From Anaerolineales bacterium (lineage in GTDB: Bacteria > Chloroflexota > Anaerolineae > Anaerolineales > UBA11579), in contig JAHCIH010000003.1 in assembly GCA_026129335.1 (NCBI GenBank), positions 20,534-84,533 on the forward strand: 64,000 nt of DNA, in the 5' to 3' direction. The notes under the pieces were generated by a model. The model saw only the letters and a program-made list of their open reading frames with translations, had not been told where the DNA came from and made no database searches. Both the position numbers and the translations under genes were made by a program. This document shows, piece by piece, positions 19,704 to 32,713 of this stretch. The stretch's first letter is position 1. Each line of letters starts with the position of its first letter.

Positions 19704-22171
19704 CTAATCACCTCAACCACTTTCATTACCTCATCCCCATAGTGGTTGATGACCTTGACCGCGATTTTGCCGGTTTGCGGCTTGGGGAAGGGGCGTGAGA
19801 TGGTTGAGTACAGTTCATCCCAGATATCTTCGTTGATCTCTGCTTTGAGTGCTTTCTTGAGTTTCTCGTAGGGCTTGTCTGCGCCCAGGAAGTATGCCTG
19901 CGTCACAAAGAAGGCTTCGTCGTTGTAGTTGGTGTCCACGAACCAGGCGGCGATGTCGTGCTCGGGGTCGCCGGAACCGCTGCTGCGGATCTCGCTCTTT
20001 ACCGGGTCGTAGACGTCCACGCCCAGCACTTCCACCTGCACGCCGCCCTCGGCTTTGCTGACCCTGATCTCCGGTTCGCCGAAGGCCAGGAAGAGGTTGC
20101 CCGAACCGGTCTTCTTGAGCAGATCGCCCATCGACAGGTCGGGGTTGATCTTGACCTTCATCACCCGCAGGCCATTGACCTGGCTGGGTTCGGAGAAGGC
20201 AGATGCATCGAAAGAAGTAGCCGCCACCACAAGCAGATCAGCAAATTTTTTGGATACGCGAGCGGCCTGGCGGATGAAGTCGTCGTCCACGCTGCCGAAT
20301 TCGGGGCCGATGGAAACGGCCACTTTCTTGACGCCGTTTTCACTCTGGTACTCGCCCACGGCCTGCACTTCCGGCCCACTGGGCAGGATGTCCAGATTGG
20401 TGAATTCCAGACGGGCGTCTTTCTCACCGGTTTGCACGCCGGCCTTGAGCATGTTCTCGACGATGGTTTGCGCAAAGCGCTCAGTGGAGAGCAATTCCTG
20501 GCGGTCTGAGACGCGGTGCGGCGAAAGCGATTCGACGGTGAACGGGCCGGCGACGCGCACCAGGTCTTTGACCTCCAGCGGCTGGTCGTACAAGATTTCT
20601 TGCGCTGGCTCTTCATCATTGGCCAAAGACTTCAAGGTGATATGCGGGACGGTCTTGTATTCGAAACCCATGGAGATGCTGCTCTCGTCCTTGAGCCGGT
20701 AGTAGGGATACTTTGCGCTCATCAGCCGCGTGCGCGCCAGGGCCAGCGCCACGCGCGAGGTGTCAGTAGTGATCCAGCGCCGCCCCCATTGCTCCGCCAC
20801 ATAGGCTGTGGTACCCGAACCGCAGGTAGGGTCGAGCACGATGTCGCCGGGGTCGGTGGTCATCAATATGCAACGTTTAACGACTTCAGTGGCAGTTTGA
20901 ACAACATATTTTTTGTTTTGTTCAGATAACTGCTGTGACCATATGTTTGTTAGAGCGGTTACAGGAAAGTCGTCAAGATATCTTTTATATCTAAGTGTGT
21001 TTCCAGTTACAACCAGCCTGCTTAGTTTGGCCAGCCTATCCAACCCTTCGGGGTAAACGCATTTCCAATGAGAATTGGCGTTAGGCTTATAGGCCTTACC
21101 TTGGTAAACATATGTTTGATCTATTCCGGCAGCCCCACCAGAAAGGAGATCGCTTTTGGCAAACACCCTTGCGCCAGCTGGAAGGTTGTCGCTGTCCTTA
21201 AACCTTGACAAAGGAGCTGTCGCTCCATCGGCTAGCTCAACGAAATCATAGCCAGCAGTATTTCTAGATTCAATCTTGTCTTGATAGAGTTGCCGATACT
21301 TTAATAGATCTATATCTTTGCAATACCAGATTATGTAATCAGCTACTGAGTCCAAATGTTTACTGGAGAAGCCAGTAGTTGTTGAGAATGGTATTTGGTT
21401 TACAAAGTTTTGTGCCCCAAAGACTTCCTCTAGGACAAATCGTACAAGATGAGCATTTTCTACATTTATTTGTACGAAACAACTACCGCTCTCAGCGAGC
21501 AAGTCCCTCGCAAGTATTAGGCGATCTTTGAGATAAGCCAAGTATGAATGGATCCCAAACTCCCAAGTATCTCGAAAGGCCCTCACTTGCTCGGGTTGAC
21601 GTATCAAATCTTCTGTCTTGTTGTCCCTTACCTCCCGGCGTCTCGTCGAAACCTGCCAATTTGACCCAAACTTGATCCCATAGGGCGGGTCAATGTAGAT
21701 GCACTGCACTTTGCCGCGCATGCGCTCTTTTTCCAGCAGGCTGTTCATCACCACCAATGAATCGCCCAGGATCATGCGGTTTTGCCAGTTGTCCTCGTGC
21801 TCGTAGAACTCCACGGCTTTGGCGATCTGCGTCTCGGCTGTCTCGCCAAAGAGCATCATCTGCGCATTCTCGTCTGCGCCCAGCTTTAGGCGCGCAACAA
21901 TCGCCTCGGGCGCGATCTTCTCCTGCACATAAATCGGCACCGTGGGCACAGAGAATTCGGCGCCTTGCTCCTCTTTGCCCGCCCAGACCAACTGCGGGTC
22001 CAGCGAGGGGTCGTAGGCGTATTTCTTCTTCACCGGCTGCTTCTGGCGAGGGGGCAGCTTCTCAGATTCCTCCTGAGTGGGGATGCGCACCCGCTTGGTC
22101 TCATGCTTGTAGGAACTAACCGGCGCGGCGGTAGTGACGGGCTTCTTCTTGGCGGGTTTTCGTTTTGGCAT
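19700..22171 (-). CDS. mod: type III R-M DNA methyltransferase (Mod), intact
   Basis: IYIDPPYG (motif IV) comes before VLDPTCGSGTTAYVAEQWGRRWITTD (motif I), which is beta-class order. It lies 10 nt downstream of res. The central portion is markedly AT-rich. Confidence 0.85.
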   Translation of the reverse strand: MPKRKPAKKKPVTTAAPVSSYKHETKRVRIPTQEESEKLPPRQKQPVKKKYAYDPSLDPQLVWAGKEEQGAEFSVPTVPIYVQEKIAPEAIVARLKLGADENAQMMLFGETAETQIAKAVEFYEHEDNWQNRMILGDSLVVMNSLLEKERMRGKVQCIYIDPPYGIKFGSNWQVSTRRREVRDNKTEDLIRQPEQVRAFRDTWEFGIHSYLAYLKDRLILARDLLAESGSCFVQINVENAHLVRFVLEEVFGAQNFVNQIPFSTTTGFSSKHLDSVADYIIWYCKDIDLLKYRQLYQDKIESRNTAGYDFVELADGATAPLSRFKDSDNLPAGARVFAKSDLLSGGAAGIDQTYVYQGKAYKPNANSHWKCVYPEGLDRLAKLSRLVVTGNTLRYKRYLDDFPVTALTNIWSQQLSEQNKKYVVQTATEVVKRCILMTTDPGDIVLDPTCGSGTTAYVAEQWGRRWITTDTSRVALALARTRLMSAKYPYYRLKDESSISMGFEYKTVPHITLKSLANDEEPAQEILYDQPLEVKDLVRVAGPFTVESLSPHRVSDRQELLSTERFAQTIVENMLKAGVQTGEKDARLEFTNLDILPSGPEVQAVGEYQSENGVKKVAVSIGPEFGSVDDDFIRQAARVSKKFADLLVVAATSFDASAFSEPSQVNGLRVMKVKINPDLSMGDLLKKTGSGNLFLAFGEPEIRVSKAEGGVQVEVLGVDVYDPVKSEIRSSGSGDPEHDIAAWFVDTNYNDEAFFVTQAYFLGADKPYEKLKKALKAEINEDIWDELYSTISRPFPKPQTGKIAVKVINHYGDEVMKVVEVIS

Positions 22172-22181
22172 GGCAGTCTCG

Positions 22182-25229
<3,048 letters not shown>

Positions 25230-25295
25230 CCCCAGCCAATTAAACCACTAAACCTGACGTTAGGTTTAGTGGCAGGGCTGCGCCCCTACGCGCTT

Positions 25296-25336
25296 ACAGC
25301 TGACCGCTGATAGCTGAAAGCTAATCGCTATCAGCC
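25296..25336. repeat. heptamer-phased repeat
   Basis: acagctg accgctg atagctg aaagcta atcgcta tcagcc. It contains GCTAATCGCT (25320..25329), the reverse complement of AGCGATTAGC at 18453 and 18481. Confidence 0.75.
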
Positions 25337-26023
25337 AAACGCCAACTTCTGCTCCTTCAGCGACACATAGCGCCCCTGACCGATGATCAGGTGGTCGAGC
25401 ACCTCGATCTCCAGCAGGCGGCCGGCTTCGCGCACCTGGCGTGTCAGGGCGATGTCGTCGGCGCTGGGCGTTGGGTCGCCGCTGGGATGGTTGTGGACCA
25501 GGATGAGCGCGGCGGCGTTGCGACGGATGGCGGCCTTGAACAGCTCGGCGATGCGCACCTGCGCCGAGTTCAGTGTGCCCTGCGAGACTTCTTCGATGGC
25601 GATGACCTTGTTGCGCGTGTCCAGCAGGATGGCGCGCAGGTGCTCCTGCTCCAACCCGGCCATCTCATATTGCACCAGGGCGGCGGCATCCGCCGGCCCC
25701 GAGATCGCCGGGCGTTCACCCGGCTCCTGCACGGCCAGCCGGCGGCCCAGCTCGATAGCCGCCTTCAGCGTGGCCGCCTTGGCCTCGCCGAGGCCGTGCT
25801 GGCTTTGCACTTCTGCGAAGTCGGCGCGCTGCAGGCCGGCCAGGCCGCCGAAGTGGCCCAGCAGCCGCTCGCCCAGGCGCACGGCGCTCTCGCCGGGTAC
25901 GCCGGTGCGCAGCAGCACGGCGAGCAGTTCAGCGGTGCTCAGCGACTGGGCGCCCTGCTGGCGCAGGCGCTCACGCGGCCGTTCAGCGGCGGGCAGGTCG
26001 GCGATGCGATATTGTGTGCTCAT
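25331..26023 (-). CDS. radC: RadC-family JAB/MPN domain protein
   Basis: ERPRERL...[15 protein letters not shown]-terminal HhH region, and a [15 protein letters not shown] motif. Confidence 0.9.
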   Translation of the reverse strand: MSTQYRIADLPAAERPRERLRQQGAQSLSTAELLAVLLRTGVPGESAVRLGERLLGHFGGLAGLQRADFAEVQSQHGLGEAKAATLKAAIELGRRLAVQEPGERPAISGPADAAALVQYEMAGLEQEHLRAILLDTRNKVIAIEEVSQGTLNSAQVRIAELFKAAIRRNAAALILVHNHPSGDPTPSADDIALTRQVREAGRLLEIEVLDHLIIGQGRYVSLKEQKLAFG

Positions 26024-26069
26024 GTTCTCCCATCCTAATGCTGGAATAAGGCGCCGCTTCTAGTTTGCA

Positions 26070-26098
26070 TTGACACTCAATTTTGCGCAAGGTATAGT
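26070..26098 (+). promoter_or_regulatory. consensus sigma-70 promoter: TTGACA, 17-nt spacer, TATAGT. It predicts a leaderless transcript
   Basis: TTGACA at 26070..26075, a 17-nt spacer, and TATAGT at 26093..26098. The ATG at 26106 is only 7 nt downstream of the -10 box. Confidence 0.6.
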
Positions 26099-26105
26099 CC
26101 TGCCC

Positions 26106-28565
26106 ATGAAGCGCAATGCCTGGTTGCTGGGGCTGGCCGCGCTGGCGTTGGCCGCCGCGGCCTGCAACCTGCAGCGGGTGTTGGACCCCTCCCTACCCAC
26201 ATCCACCCTGGCCAGCAGCGCCACCCAGCCGGCGAGCACTGAAGCACCCGCGGCGATGCCTACGCTGACCCACGAGGCCCGCGTCGAGGCCGCCGATGAA
26301 CTCTACTTTTTCGGCGATTGGAACGCCGCGCTGGCCGAATACCAGCGCGCCCTGCGCGAGAGCGACGACCCCGAGCTGCAGGCCGCCGCCCTGCTGGGGG
26401 TGGGACGGGTGCAGTACGAGCAGCGCCTGCTGACCCAAGCGCGCACCACGCTGCAGGAGGTGGTGGCGCAATACCCCGAGACCATCGCCGCGGCCCGGGC
26501 GCACTTCGCCCTGGGCAAGGTCTACCAGGCGCAGAACAATCCCCTCGCCGCCGCCGAGGCCTACCAACAGTATGCCGACGCCAACCCGGGGGTGATCGAT
26601 TCGATCGTGCAGGAACGCCGCGGCGACCTGCTCTTCCAGGCGAGCAATTACCCGGCGGCCATCGAGGCCTATCAGCTGGCTGCAGCCAGCCCGCGCCTGG
26701 GCGACCCGCTGGGCGTGCAGGTCAAGATCGGCAACATGCAGTCCGCCGCCGGCGATAAGGCCGCCGCCATCGCCACCTGGCAGGCGGTCTTCGACGCCAC
26801 CGGCAACGACTACCTCAAAGCCGACCTCGACCTGCTCATCGGCCGCGCCCACCGCGACCTGGGTGACACCGGGGCGGCCTACGAGCGCTTCCACCACGCG
26901 GTGAACAGCTACCCGTTGGCCCTCTCCAGCCACGCCGCCCTGGTGGAGCTGGTGCGGGCGAACCAGCCGGTGAGCGAATACCAGCGTGGCCTGATCAACT
27001 ATTACGCCGCGACGACCACCCAGGCAGTGGCCTGCGCGGCCACCTCGGAGGCCGCCGTGGAGCTCTACAGCCTGGCCACCGCCGCCTTCGACCGCTATTT
27101 GCAGGCCAACCCGGAGGAGACCGACGACAGCGCTGCCTACTACCGGGCGCTGGCGATCCGCGCCAGCGGCGATCACCCCGCCACGCTGGCCGCCTTCGAC
27201 CGCCTGATCAGCGACTATGCCTTCGGCACCCACTGGGTGGACGCCTTCCGCCAGAAGGCGCGCACCCAGTGGCTGTGCCAGCAGGATTACGACGGCGCCA
27301 TCACCACGCTGCTCTCCTTCGTGGCGCGCACCCCCAGCCAGCCGGCCTCGGCGGAGTTCCTCTACCTTTCCGGGCAGATCGCCAAGAGCGGCGGACGGCT
27401 GACCCGCTCGGTGGAGCTGTGGCCGCGCGTCGCCGACGAATACCCCTCTTCGCAATACGCCTACGATTCGGTGTACCAGGCGGGCATCAGCGCCTATCGC
27501 CTGGGCGATTTCGTGCAGGCCCAGGCGCTGTTCCTGCGCGCTTTCCAGTCCTCGCTGAGCCTGGAGGAGGAAGCCCAGTCGCAGTTCTGGTTCGGCAAGG
27601 CCTTGCAAGCCCAGGGCGACGAAGACGGCGCCCGCAGCGCCTGGACGCGGGCGGCCGCCGCCGATCCGACCGGCTATTACAGCGAGCGCGCCGCGGACCT
27701 GCTTGCCGGCCGCCAGCCCTTCCAGCCGCCGGCGGCCTTCTCCTTCGACTACGACGTCGAAGCCGAGCGCAGCCAGGCCGAAGACTGGCTGCGCACGACC
27801 TTCGGCCTGCCGCCCGAGACGGACCTGAGCGGCCCCGGCCCGCTGATCGCTGATGAGCGCTTCCAGCGCGGGACGGAGCTGTGGAAGCTGGGCGAGTACC
27901 AGCTGGCCCGCGCCCAGTTCGAGAGCCTGCGCCAAAGCCTGACCACGGATGCGGCCAATTCCTACCGGCTGGCCAATTACCTCGTCGACCTGGGGCTGTA
28001 CCGCAGCGGCATCTTCGCCGCCCGCGAGGTGCTCAACATGCAGGGCATGAGCGATGTGGCCACACTGACCAACGCGCCGGTCTATTTCAACCGCCTGCGC
28101 TTCGGCGCCTACTACAAGGAGATGGTGCTGGCGGAAACGGCCCGCTCCGGCCTGGACCCGCTGTTCTTCTACAGCATGATGCGCCAGGAAAGTCTCTTCG
28201 AGGGTTTCGTCACTTCTTCTGCCGGGGCGCACGGCCTGCTGCAGATCATCCCAGACACGGCGGATTACATCGTCGGCCTGATCAATTGGCCGCCCAACTT
28301 CGAATACAGCGACCTGTATCGCCCCAATGTCAGCATCCGCCTGGGCGCGCACTACCTGGCGATCCAGACCAATGCCTTCGACGGCGACATGTACGCCGCG
28401 CTGGCGGCTTACAACGCCGGGCCGGGCAATGCGTCCTTCTGGCTGGGCCTGGAAGGGAATGACCCCGATCTATTCCTCGAGGTCATCGCCTTCGCCGAGA
28501 CGCAGAACCACATCCGCAGCATTTACGAGTTGTTCAATATTTACAGGGATTTGTATGGGGGCTAG
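26106..28565 (+). CDS. lipoprotein with TPR-like repeats and a C-terminal lytic transglycosylase (SLT) domain
   Basis: MKRNAWLLGLAALALAAAAC lipobox. The SLT motifs are MRQESLFEGF, GLLQIIP and AYNAGPGN. The TTG start at 26070 coincides with the -35 box and was rejected. Confidence 0.8.
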   Translation: MKRNAWLLGLAALALAAAACNLQRVLDPSLPTSTLASSATQPASTEAPAAMPTLTHEARVEAADELYFFGDWNAALAEYQRALRESDDPELQAAALLGVGRVQYEQRLLTQARTTLQEVVAQYPETIAAARAHFALGKVYQAQNNPLAAAEAYQQYADANPGVIDSIVQERRGDLLFQASNYPAAIEAYQLAAASPRLGDPLGVQVKIGNMQSAAGDKAAAIATWQAVFDATGNDYLKADLDLLIGRAHRDLGDTGAAYERFHHAVNSYPLALSSHAALVELVRANQPVSEYQRGLINYYAATTTQAVACAATSEAAVELYSLATAAFDRYLQANPEETDDSAAYYRALAIRASGDHPATLAAFDRLISDYAFGTHWVDAFRQKARTQWLCQQDYDGAITTLLSFVARTPSQPASAEFLYLSGQIAKSGGRLTRSVELWPRVADEYPSSQYAYDSVYQAGISAYRLGDFVQAQALFLRAFQSSLSLEEEAQSQFWFGKALQAQGDEDGARSAWTRAAAADPTGYYSERAADLLAGRQPFQPPAAFSFDYDVEAERSQAEDWLRTTFGLPPETDLSGPGPLIADERFQRGTELWKLGEYQLARAQFESLRQSLTTDAANSYRLANYLVDLGLYRSGIFAAREVLNMQGMSDVATLTNAPVYFNRLRFGAYYKEMVLAETARSGLDPLFFYSMMRQESLFEGFVTSSAGAHGLLQIIPDTADYIVGLINWPPNFEYSDLYRPNVSIRLGAHYLAIQTNAFDGDMYAALAAYNAGPGNASFWLGLEGNDPDLFLEVIAFAETQNHIRSIYELFNIYRDLYGG

Positions 28566-28586
28566 TAATTGGTAATTACCAATTAC
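28565..28586. repeat. perfect 22-bp palindrome GTAATTGGTAATTACCAATTAC
   Basis: Self-complementary by inspection. It spans the 20-nt gap between two convergent stop codons (TAG at 28563..28565, and cta at 28586..28588). Confidence 0.9.
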
Positions 28587-30283
28587 TACTCACCGAATTC
28601 TTCGACCGGCGCCACATCCATCTCTTCTGCAGCGCTGCGCGTCACCAGGAACCATTCGGTGATCGTGGCGAAGCGATCGCTGGATTGGTAGATGGGGCCG
28701 ATGGACACGCCGCGCACCTGGCTGGAGATGGCGTAGTTGTACACCGGGAAGTAGAGCGGCAGGGCGGGCAACTCAAAGCCGAAATGCGTTTGGAAGTTGC
28801 GGTACAGGCGCAGGCGCTGCGCCTGGCTCACTGAGACGCGCGCCTGTTCGAGGTACTCGCTGGCGCGGCGGTCGTCCCACTTCGAATAGTTCTGCCCGCC
28901 GGTCACGCCGGACTGGTGCCAGAAGGGGTAGGGGTCCGGGTCCGGCGAATTGGTCAGGTTGATGTCCACCAGCGCGGCCTGGTAGTTGCGCGAGCCGAGG
29001 TAGTCGCTGAGCAGCGCCTCGTAGGGCACTGCCCGCAGGGTCACCTGCACGCCCAGCACCGCCAGGTCGTCTCGGATGCTCTGGGCGATCTGGGGGTAGG
29101 GCGGCTCTTCGGGGTGCACCAGGTCGAACTCCAGGGCCAGCCCGTCGCGGCTGCGCACCTGGCCGCCTTCGGCGGGGATGGTGTAGCCCAGCTGGCGCAG
29201 CTGGGCGATGGCCGCCTCACTGTCGTAGGGCACGGAGGCGACGTTCTCGTTGTAGGCCCAGCTGCCCGGCAGGATCGGCCCGTCGGCGACGAAGGCCTGC
29301 CCGCCGAGGAAGCGGTCTATGATCCACTGGCGGTTGATGCCCTGCAGCAGCGCCTGGCGCACCTCCTGTTCCTGGAAGAAGGGCACCGAGGAATTGTCCA
29401 GGTTGAACAGCAGCAGGCCGAGGCGCGGCAGGCGGCTGGTGAACAGGCTCAGGCTGGTGTCGTCCAGCACCTCTTGGAGGATGTCGGCGCCCACGTAGCT
29501 GATGCCGAGCACGTCGCCCTGGCGATAGGCCTGCAGGGCGGCGGTGGGGGTGGGGTAGTACTGGAAGATGATCTGGTCGATAAAGGGCCGCCCGGCATAA
29601 TAACCGTCCCAGGCTTGCAGCACCACGCCGGTCACCGTGCCCGCCTCGGAGATCAGGTCATCGAAGCGATAGGGGCCGGAGCCGACCGGGTCCAGGTTGA
29701 AAGGCGCGTTGAGGATGGCGGCCGGCTCCATCTCGCCGAGGATGTGCTGCGGCAGGATGCCGAAGGTCAGCTGGTCGGCGAAGGGGGCGAACGGGGCGGG
29801 CAGCAGGAACTGGATGTGCAGATCGTCGAAGGCGTTGACTTCTACGCCGGCCCACAGGGCGCGCAGGTCATCGGCGATGGGCAGCTCGCTGCTGCGCATC
29901 AGTTCGATGGTGAAAACGATGTCGGCGGTGGTCAGCGGCTGGCCGTCGTGCCACTGCAGGCCCTCGCGCAGCTTGAAGTTGTACTGCAAACCATCCAGCG
30001 AAATGCCCCAGACTTCGGCCAGGTCGGGCTGCGGGTTGCCGCGGTCATCGAAGCGCAGCAGGCTGCCGAAGAGCAGGCGGTTCACATCCTGGTCGGCCGG
30101 GTTGGCATCGTCCAGCAAGGGGTTGAGGCGCCCAACGCTGCCGACCAGGCCCTCGATGTACATGCCGCCCTGGGCCGGTTCGGCGCCGCTGCCGCCAAGC
30201 AGGGGTTGTTGGGCCAGCAGCAGGATGGCGATGGCCAACAAAGCCAGCGCAACGAGCACTATCTGCCAGCGCAGTTTACTCAT
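28586..30283 (-). CDS. ABC transporter substrate-binding protein (family 5), solitary
   Basis: N-terminal TM/signal, and a 565-aa body typical of peptide/nickel SBPs. There are no adjacent permease genes. Confidence 0.75.
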   Translation of the reverse strand: MSKLRWQIVLVALALLAIAILLLAQQPLLGGSGAEPAQGGMYIEGLVGSVGRLNPLLDDANPADQDVNRLLFGSLLRFDDRGNPQPDLAEVWGISLDGLQYNFKLREGLQWHDGQPLTTADIVFTIELMRSSELPIADDLRALWAGVEVNAFDDLHIQFLLPAPFAPFADQLTFGILPQHILGEMEPAAILNAPFNLDPVGSGPYRFDDLISEAGTVTGVVLQAWDGYYAGRPFIDQIIFQYYPTPTAALQAYRQGDVLGISYVGADILQEVLDDTSLSLFTSRLPRLGLLLFNLDNSSVPFFQEQEVRQALLQGINRQWIIDRFLGGQAFVADGPILPGSWAYNENVASVPYDSEAAIAQLRQLGYTIPAEGGQVRSRDGLALEFDLVHPEEPPYPQIAQSIRDDLAVLGVQVTLRAVPYEALLSDYLGSRNYQAALVDINLTNSPDPDPYPFWHQSGVTGGQNYSKWDDRRASEYLEQARVSVSQAQRLRLYRNFQTHFGFELPALPLYFPVYNYAISSQVRGVSIGPIYQSSDRFATITEWFLVTRSAAEEMDVAPVEEFGE

Positions 30284-30298
30284 TTGTAGGAAATTGAA

Positions 30299-30529
30299 TT
30301 AGCCGGTGACGTATACCGTGTAAATGGCCAAAGCGAAGAACAGCACGCTCAACACAATCGTGACGCGGAACAGGGTCTTCTCGATGCCGCGGCGGGCCGA
30401 GAAAGAACCGCCGCCCATGTCACCGCCGGTCAGGCCGCCGAGGCCGGCGCCCTTGCTCTGCAGCACGATACTGGCCACCAAGGCAGTGGCTACGAGGATC
30501 ATTGCGATGTTCAAGAGGGAGTCTTGCAT
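30299..30529 (-). CDS. secG: preprotein translocase subunit SecG
   Basis: 76 aa, two TM helices flanking a glycine-rich loop (KGAGLGGLTGG). Confidence 0.8.
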   Translation of the reverse strand: MQDSLLNIAMILVATALVASIVLQSKGAGLGGLTGGDMGGGSFSARRGIEKTLFRVTIVLSVLFFALAIYTVYVTG

Positions 30530-30633
30530 CAGTTCACCAATCTTCTTCTAGTTAAGTCGCCGGATTATACCGTTGGCTTTGCGGATGCGTCAATGTAAGC
30601 CGATTGCCGCCGGAGACGGGTCTTCCCGCGGCA

Positions 30634-30645
30634 AAACTTTTGTTC
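30634..30645 (+). promoter_or_regulatory. candidate (imperfect) LexA/Cheo-type box AAAC-N4-GTTC abutting the uvrB -10
   Basis: AAACTTTTGTTC is immediately followed by TATAAT (30646..30651). There is one mismatch to GAAC-N4-GTTC, at a conserved G. Confidence 0.3.
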
Positions 30646-30659
30646 TATAATCTTGGTCT

Positions 30660-32708
30660 ATGGCCGCATTCAAGCTCAACGCGCCGTTCCAGCCCACCGG
30701 CGACCAGCCGGAGGCGATCAGCCAACTGCTCGCCGGCATCCGCCGCGGCGACAAGGAGCAGGTGTTGCTCGGCGCCACCGGCACCGGCAAGACTTTCACG
30801 ATTGCCAACATCATCCAGGAAGTGCAAAAGCCGACCCTGGTGCTGGCGCACAACAAGACCCTGGTGGCGCAGCTGTACGCCGAGTTCAAGGAATTCTTCC
30901 CCGACAACGCGGTGGAATTCTTCACCTCGTATTACGACTACTACCAGCCGGAAGCCTACGTACCACGCAGCGACCTTTATATAGAAAAAGAGACCGATAT
31001 CAATGAAGAGATCGAGCGTCTGCGCCTGGCGGCAACCACTTCGCTGATGTCGCGCTCGGATGTGATCATCGTGGCTTCGGTCTCGTGCATCTATGGCTTG
31101 GGCAACCCGGAAGCGTATGGCCGGGTGGTGATCAACCTGGACAGCGGCAAACCCTACCGCCGCGAGACGCTGCTGCGCCAGCTGGTGGACATCCATTATG
31201 AGCGCAAGGACACCGATCTCGGCCCCGGCGTGTTCCGGGTGCGCGGCGATACGCTGGAGGTGGTGCCGGCCTACCAGGATAAGCTGGCCTACCGCATCAC
31301 CTTCTTTGGCGATGAGGTCGAGCGCATTGCGGAGATTCACACCGTGACCGGCGAGATCGCCCGTGAGATGGACACCATCGCCATCTATCCGGCGCGGCAT
31401 TTTATCACCGACGAGGACAAGCTGGCCGCGGCGATCATGGGCATTGAGCAGGAGCTGGAAGAGCAGATCGCCTATCTGAAGGCCAATGACAAGCTGCTTG
31501 AGGCTCAGCGCATCGAGCAGCGCACGCGCTACGACCTGGAGATGCTGCGCCAGGTGGGCTACTGCACCGGCATCGAGAACTATTCGCGTCACATGGACCA
31601 GCGCGCCCCAGGCACGCCGCCCTGGACGCTGATCGACTATTTCCCCGCCGACTTCCTGATGGTCATCGATGAATCGCATATGACCATCCCGCAGGTGGGC
31701 GGCATGTACAACGGCGACCGGGCGCGCAAGGAAGTGCTGGTGGAGTATGGCTTCCGCCTGCCCTCGGCGGTGGACAATCGCCCGCTGACCTTTGACGAAT
31801 TTGAGAACCGCCTGGGCACCATCATCTACACTTCGGCCACGCCGGCAGACTATGAGATGCGTCGCGCGGCGCAGGTGGTGGAGCAGATCATCCGCCCCAC
31901 CGGGCTGGTCGACCCCGAGGTGGAGGTGCGCCCCATCGAAGGCCAGGTGGACGACCTGATCGGCGAGATCGGCAAGCGCGTCTCGGTGGGCGAGCGCGTG
32001 CTGGTGACCACGCTGACCAAGCGCATGGCCGAGGACCTGACCGAATACTTGCAGGAGATGGGCATCAAGGTGCAGTACCTGCATTCCGAAGTGGACACGC
32101 TGGACCGGGTCAGCATTCTGCGCGACCTGCGCCTGGGCATGTACGACGTGGTGGTGGGCATCAACCTGCTGCGCGAGGGCCTCGACCTGCCCGAAGTCTC
32201 GCTGGTCGCCATCCTGGACGCCGACAAGCAGGGTTTCCTGCGCTCGGAGACTTCGCTGATCCAGACGATCGGCCGGGCGGCGCGGCATGTGCGCGGCCGG
32301 GTGATTATGTACGCAGACAAGACCACCGACGCGATGCGCTACGCCATCCAGGAGACCAACCGGCGCCGTGAGAAGCAGATGGCCTACAACCAAGAGCACG
32401 GCATCGAACCGGTGGGCATCGTCAAGGCGGTGCGCGACCTGACCGACCAGTTGAAGCGCGCCGCCGTGGCCGAGGGGCAGGCGGAATACAACGCCGAGGC
32501 CACCCGGCGCATGCCACGGCGTGAACTGGAGCGCATCATCCGCACGGTGGATGCGCAGATGCGCGAGGCAGCCAAGAACCTGGAGTTCGAGCAGGCCGCG
32601 CTGCTGCGCGACCAGCTTTACGAGATGCGCACGCTATTGGCCGAGGACAGCAACCTGAAGCCCTGGGAGCGCATGCGCGTGATTGCGGGGTTGGAGGACG
32701 AAGAATAA
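30660..32708 (+). CDS. uvrB: excinuclease ABC subunit B
   Basis: [27 protein letters not shown], and a C-terminal UVR domain ([11 protein letters not shown]). Confidence 0.95.
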   Translation: MAAFKLNAPFQPTGDQPEAISQLLAGIRRGDKEQVLLGATGTGKTFTIANIIQEVQKPTLVLAHNKTLVAQLYAEFKEFFPDNAVEFFTSYYDYYQPEAYVPRSDLYIEKETDINEEIERLRLAATTSLMSRSDVIIVASVSCIYGLGNPEAYGRVVINLDSGKPYRRETLLRQLVDIHYERKDTDLGPGVFRVRGDTLEVVPAYQDKLAYRITFFGDEVERIAEIHTVTGEIAREMDTIAIYPARHFITDEDKLAAAIMGIEQELEEQIAYLKANDKLLEAQRIEQRTRYDLEMLRQVGYCTGIENYSRHMDQRAPGTPPWTLIDYFPADFLMVIDESHMTIPQVGGMYNGDRARKEVLVEYGFRLPSAVDNRPLTFDEFENRLGTIIYTSATPADYEMRRAAQVVEQIIRPTGLVDPEVEVRPIEGQVDDLIGEIGKRVSVGERVLVTTLTKRMAEDLTEYLQEMGIKVQYLHSEVDTLDRVSILRDLRLGMYDVVVGINLLREGLDLPEVSLVAILDADKQGFLRSETSLIQTIGRAARHVRGRVIMYADKTTDAMRYAIQETNRRREKQMAYNQEHGIEPVGIVKAVRDLTDQLKRAAVAEGQAEYNAEATRRMPRRELERIIRTVDAQMREAAKNLEFEQAALLRDQLYEMRTLLAEDSNLKPWERMRVIAGLEDEE

Positions 32709-32713
32709 AATGG

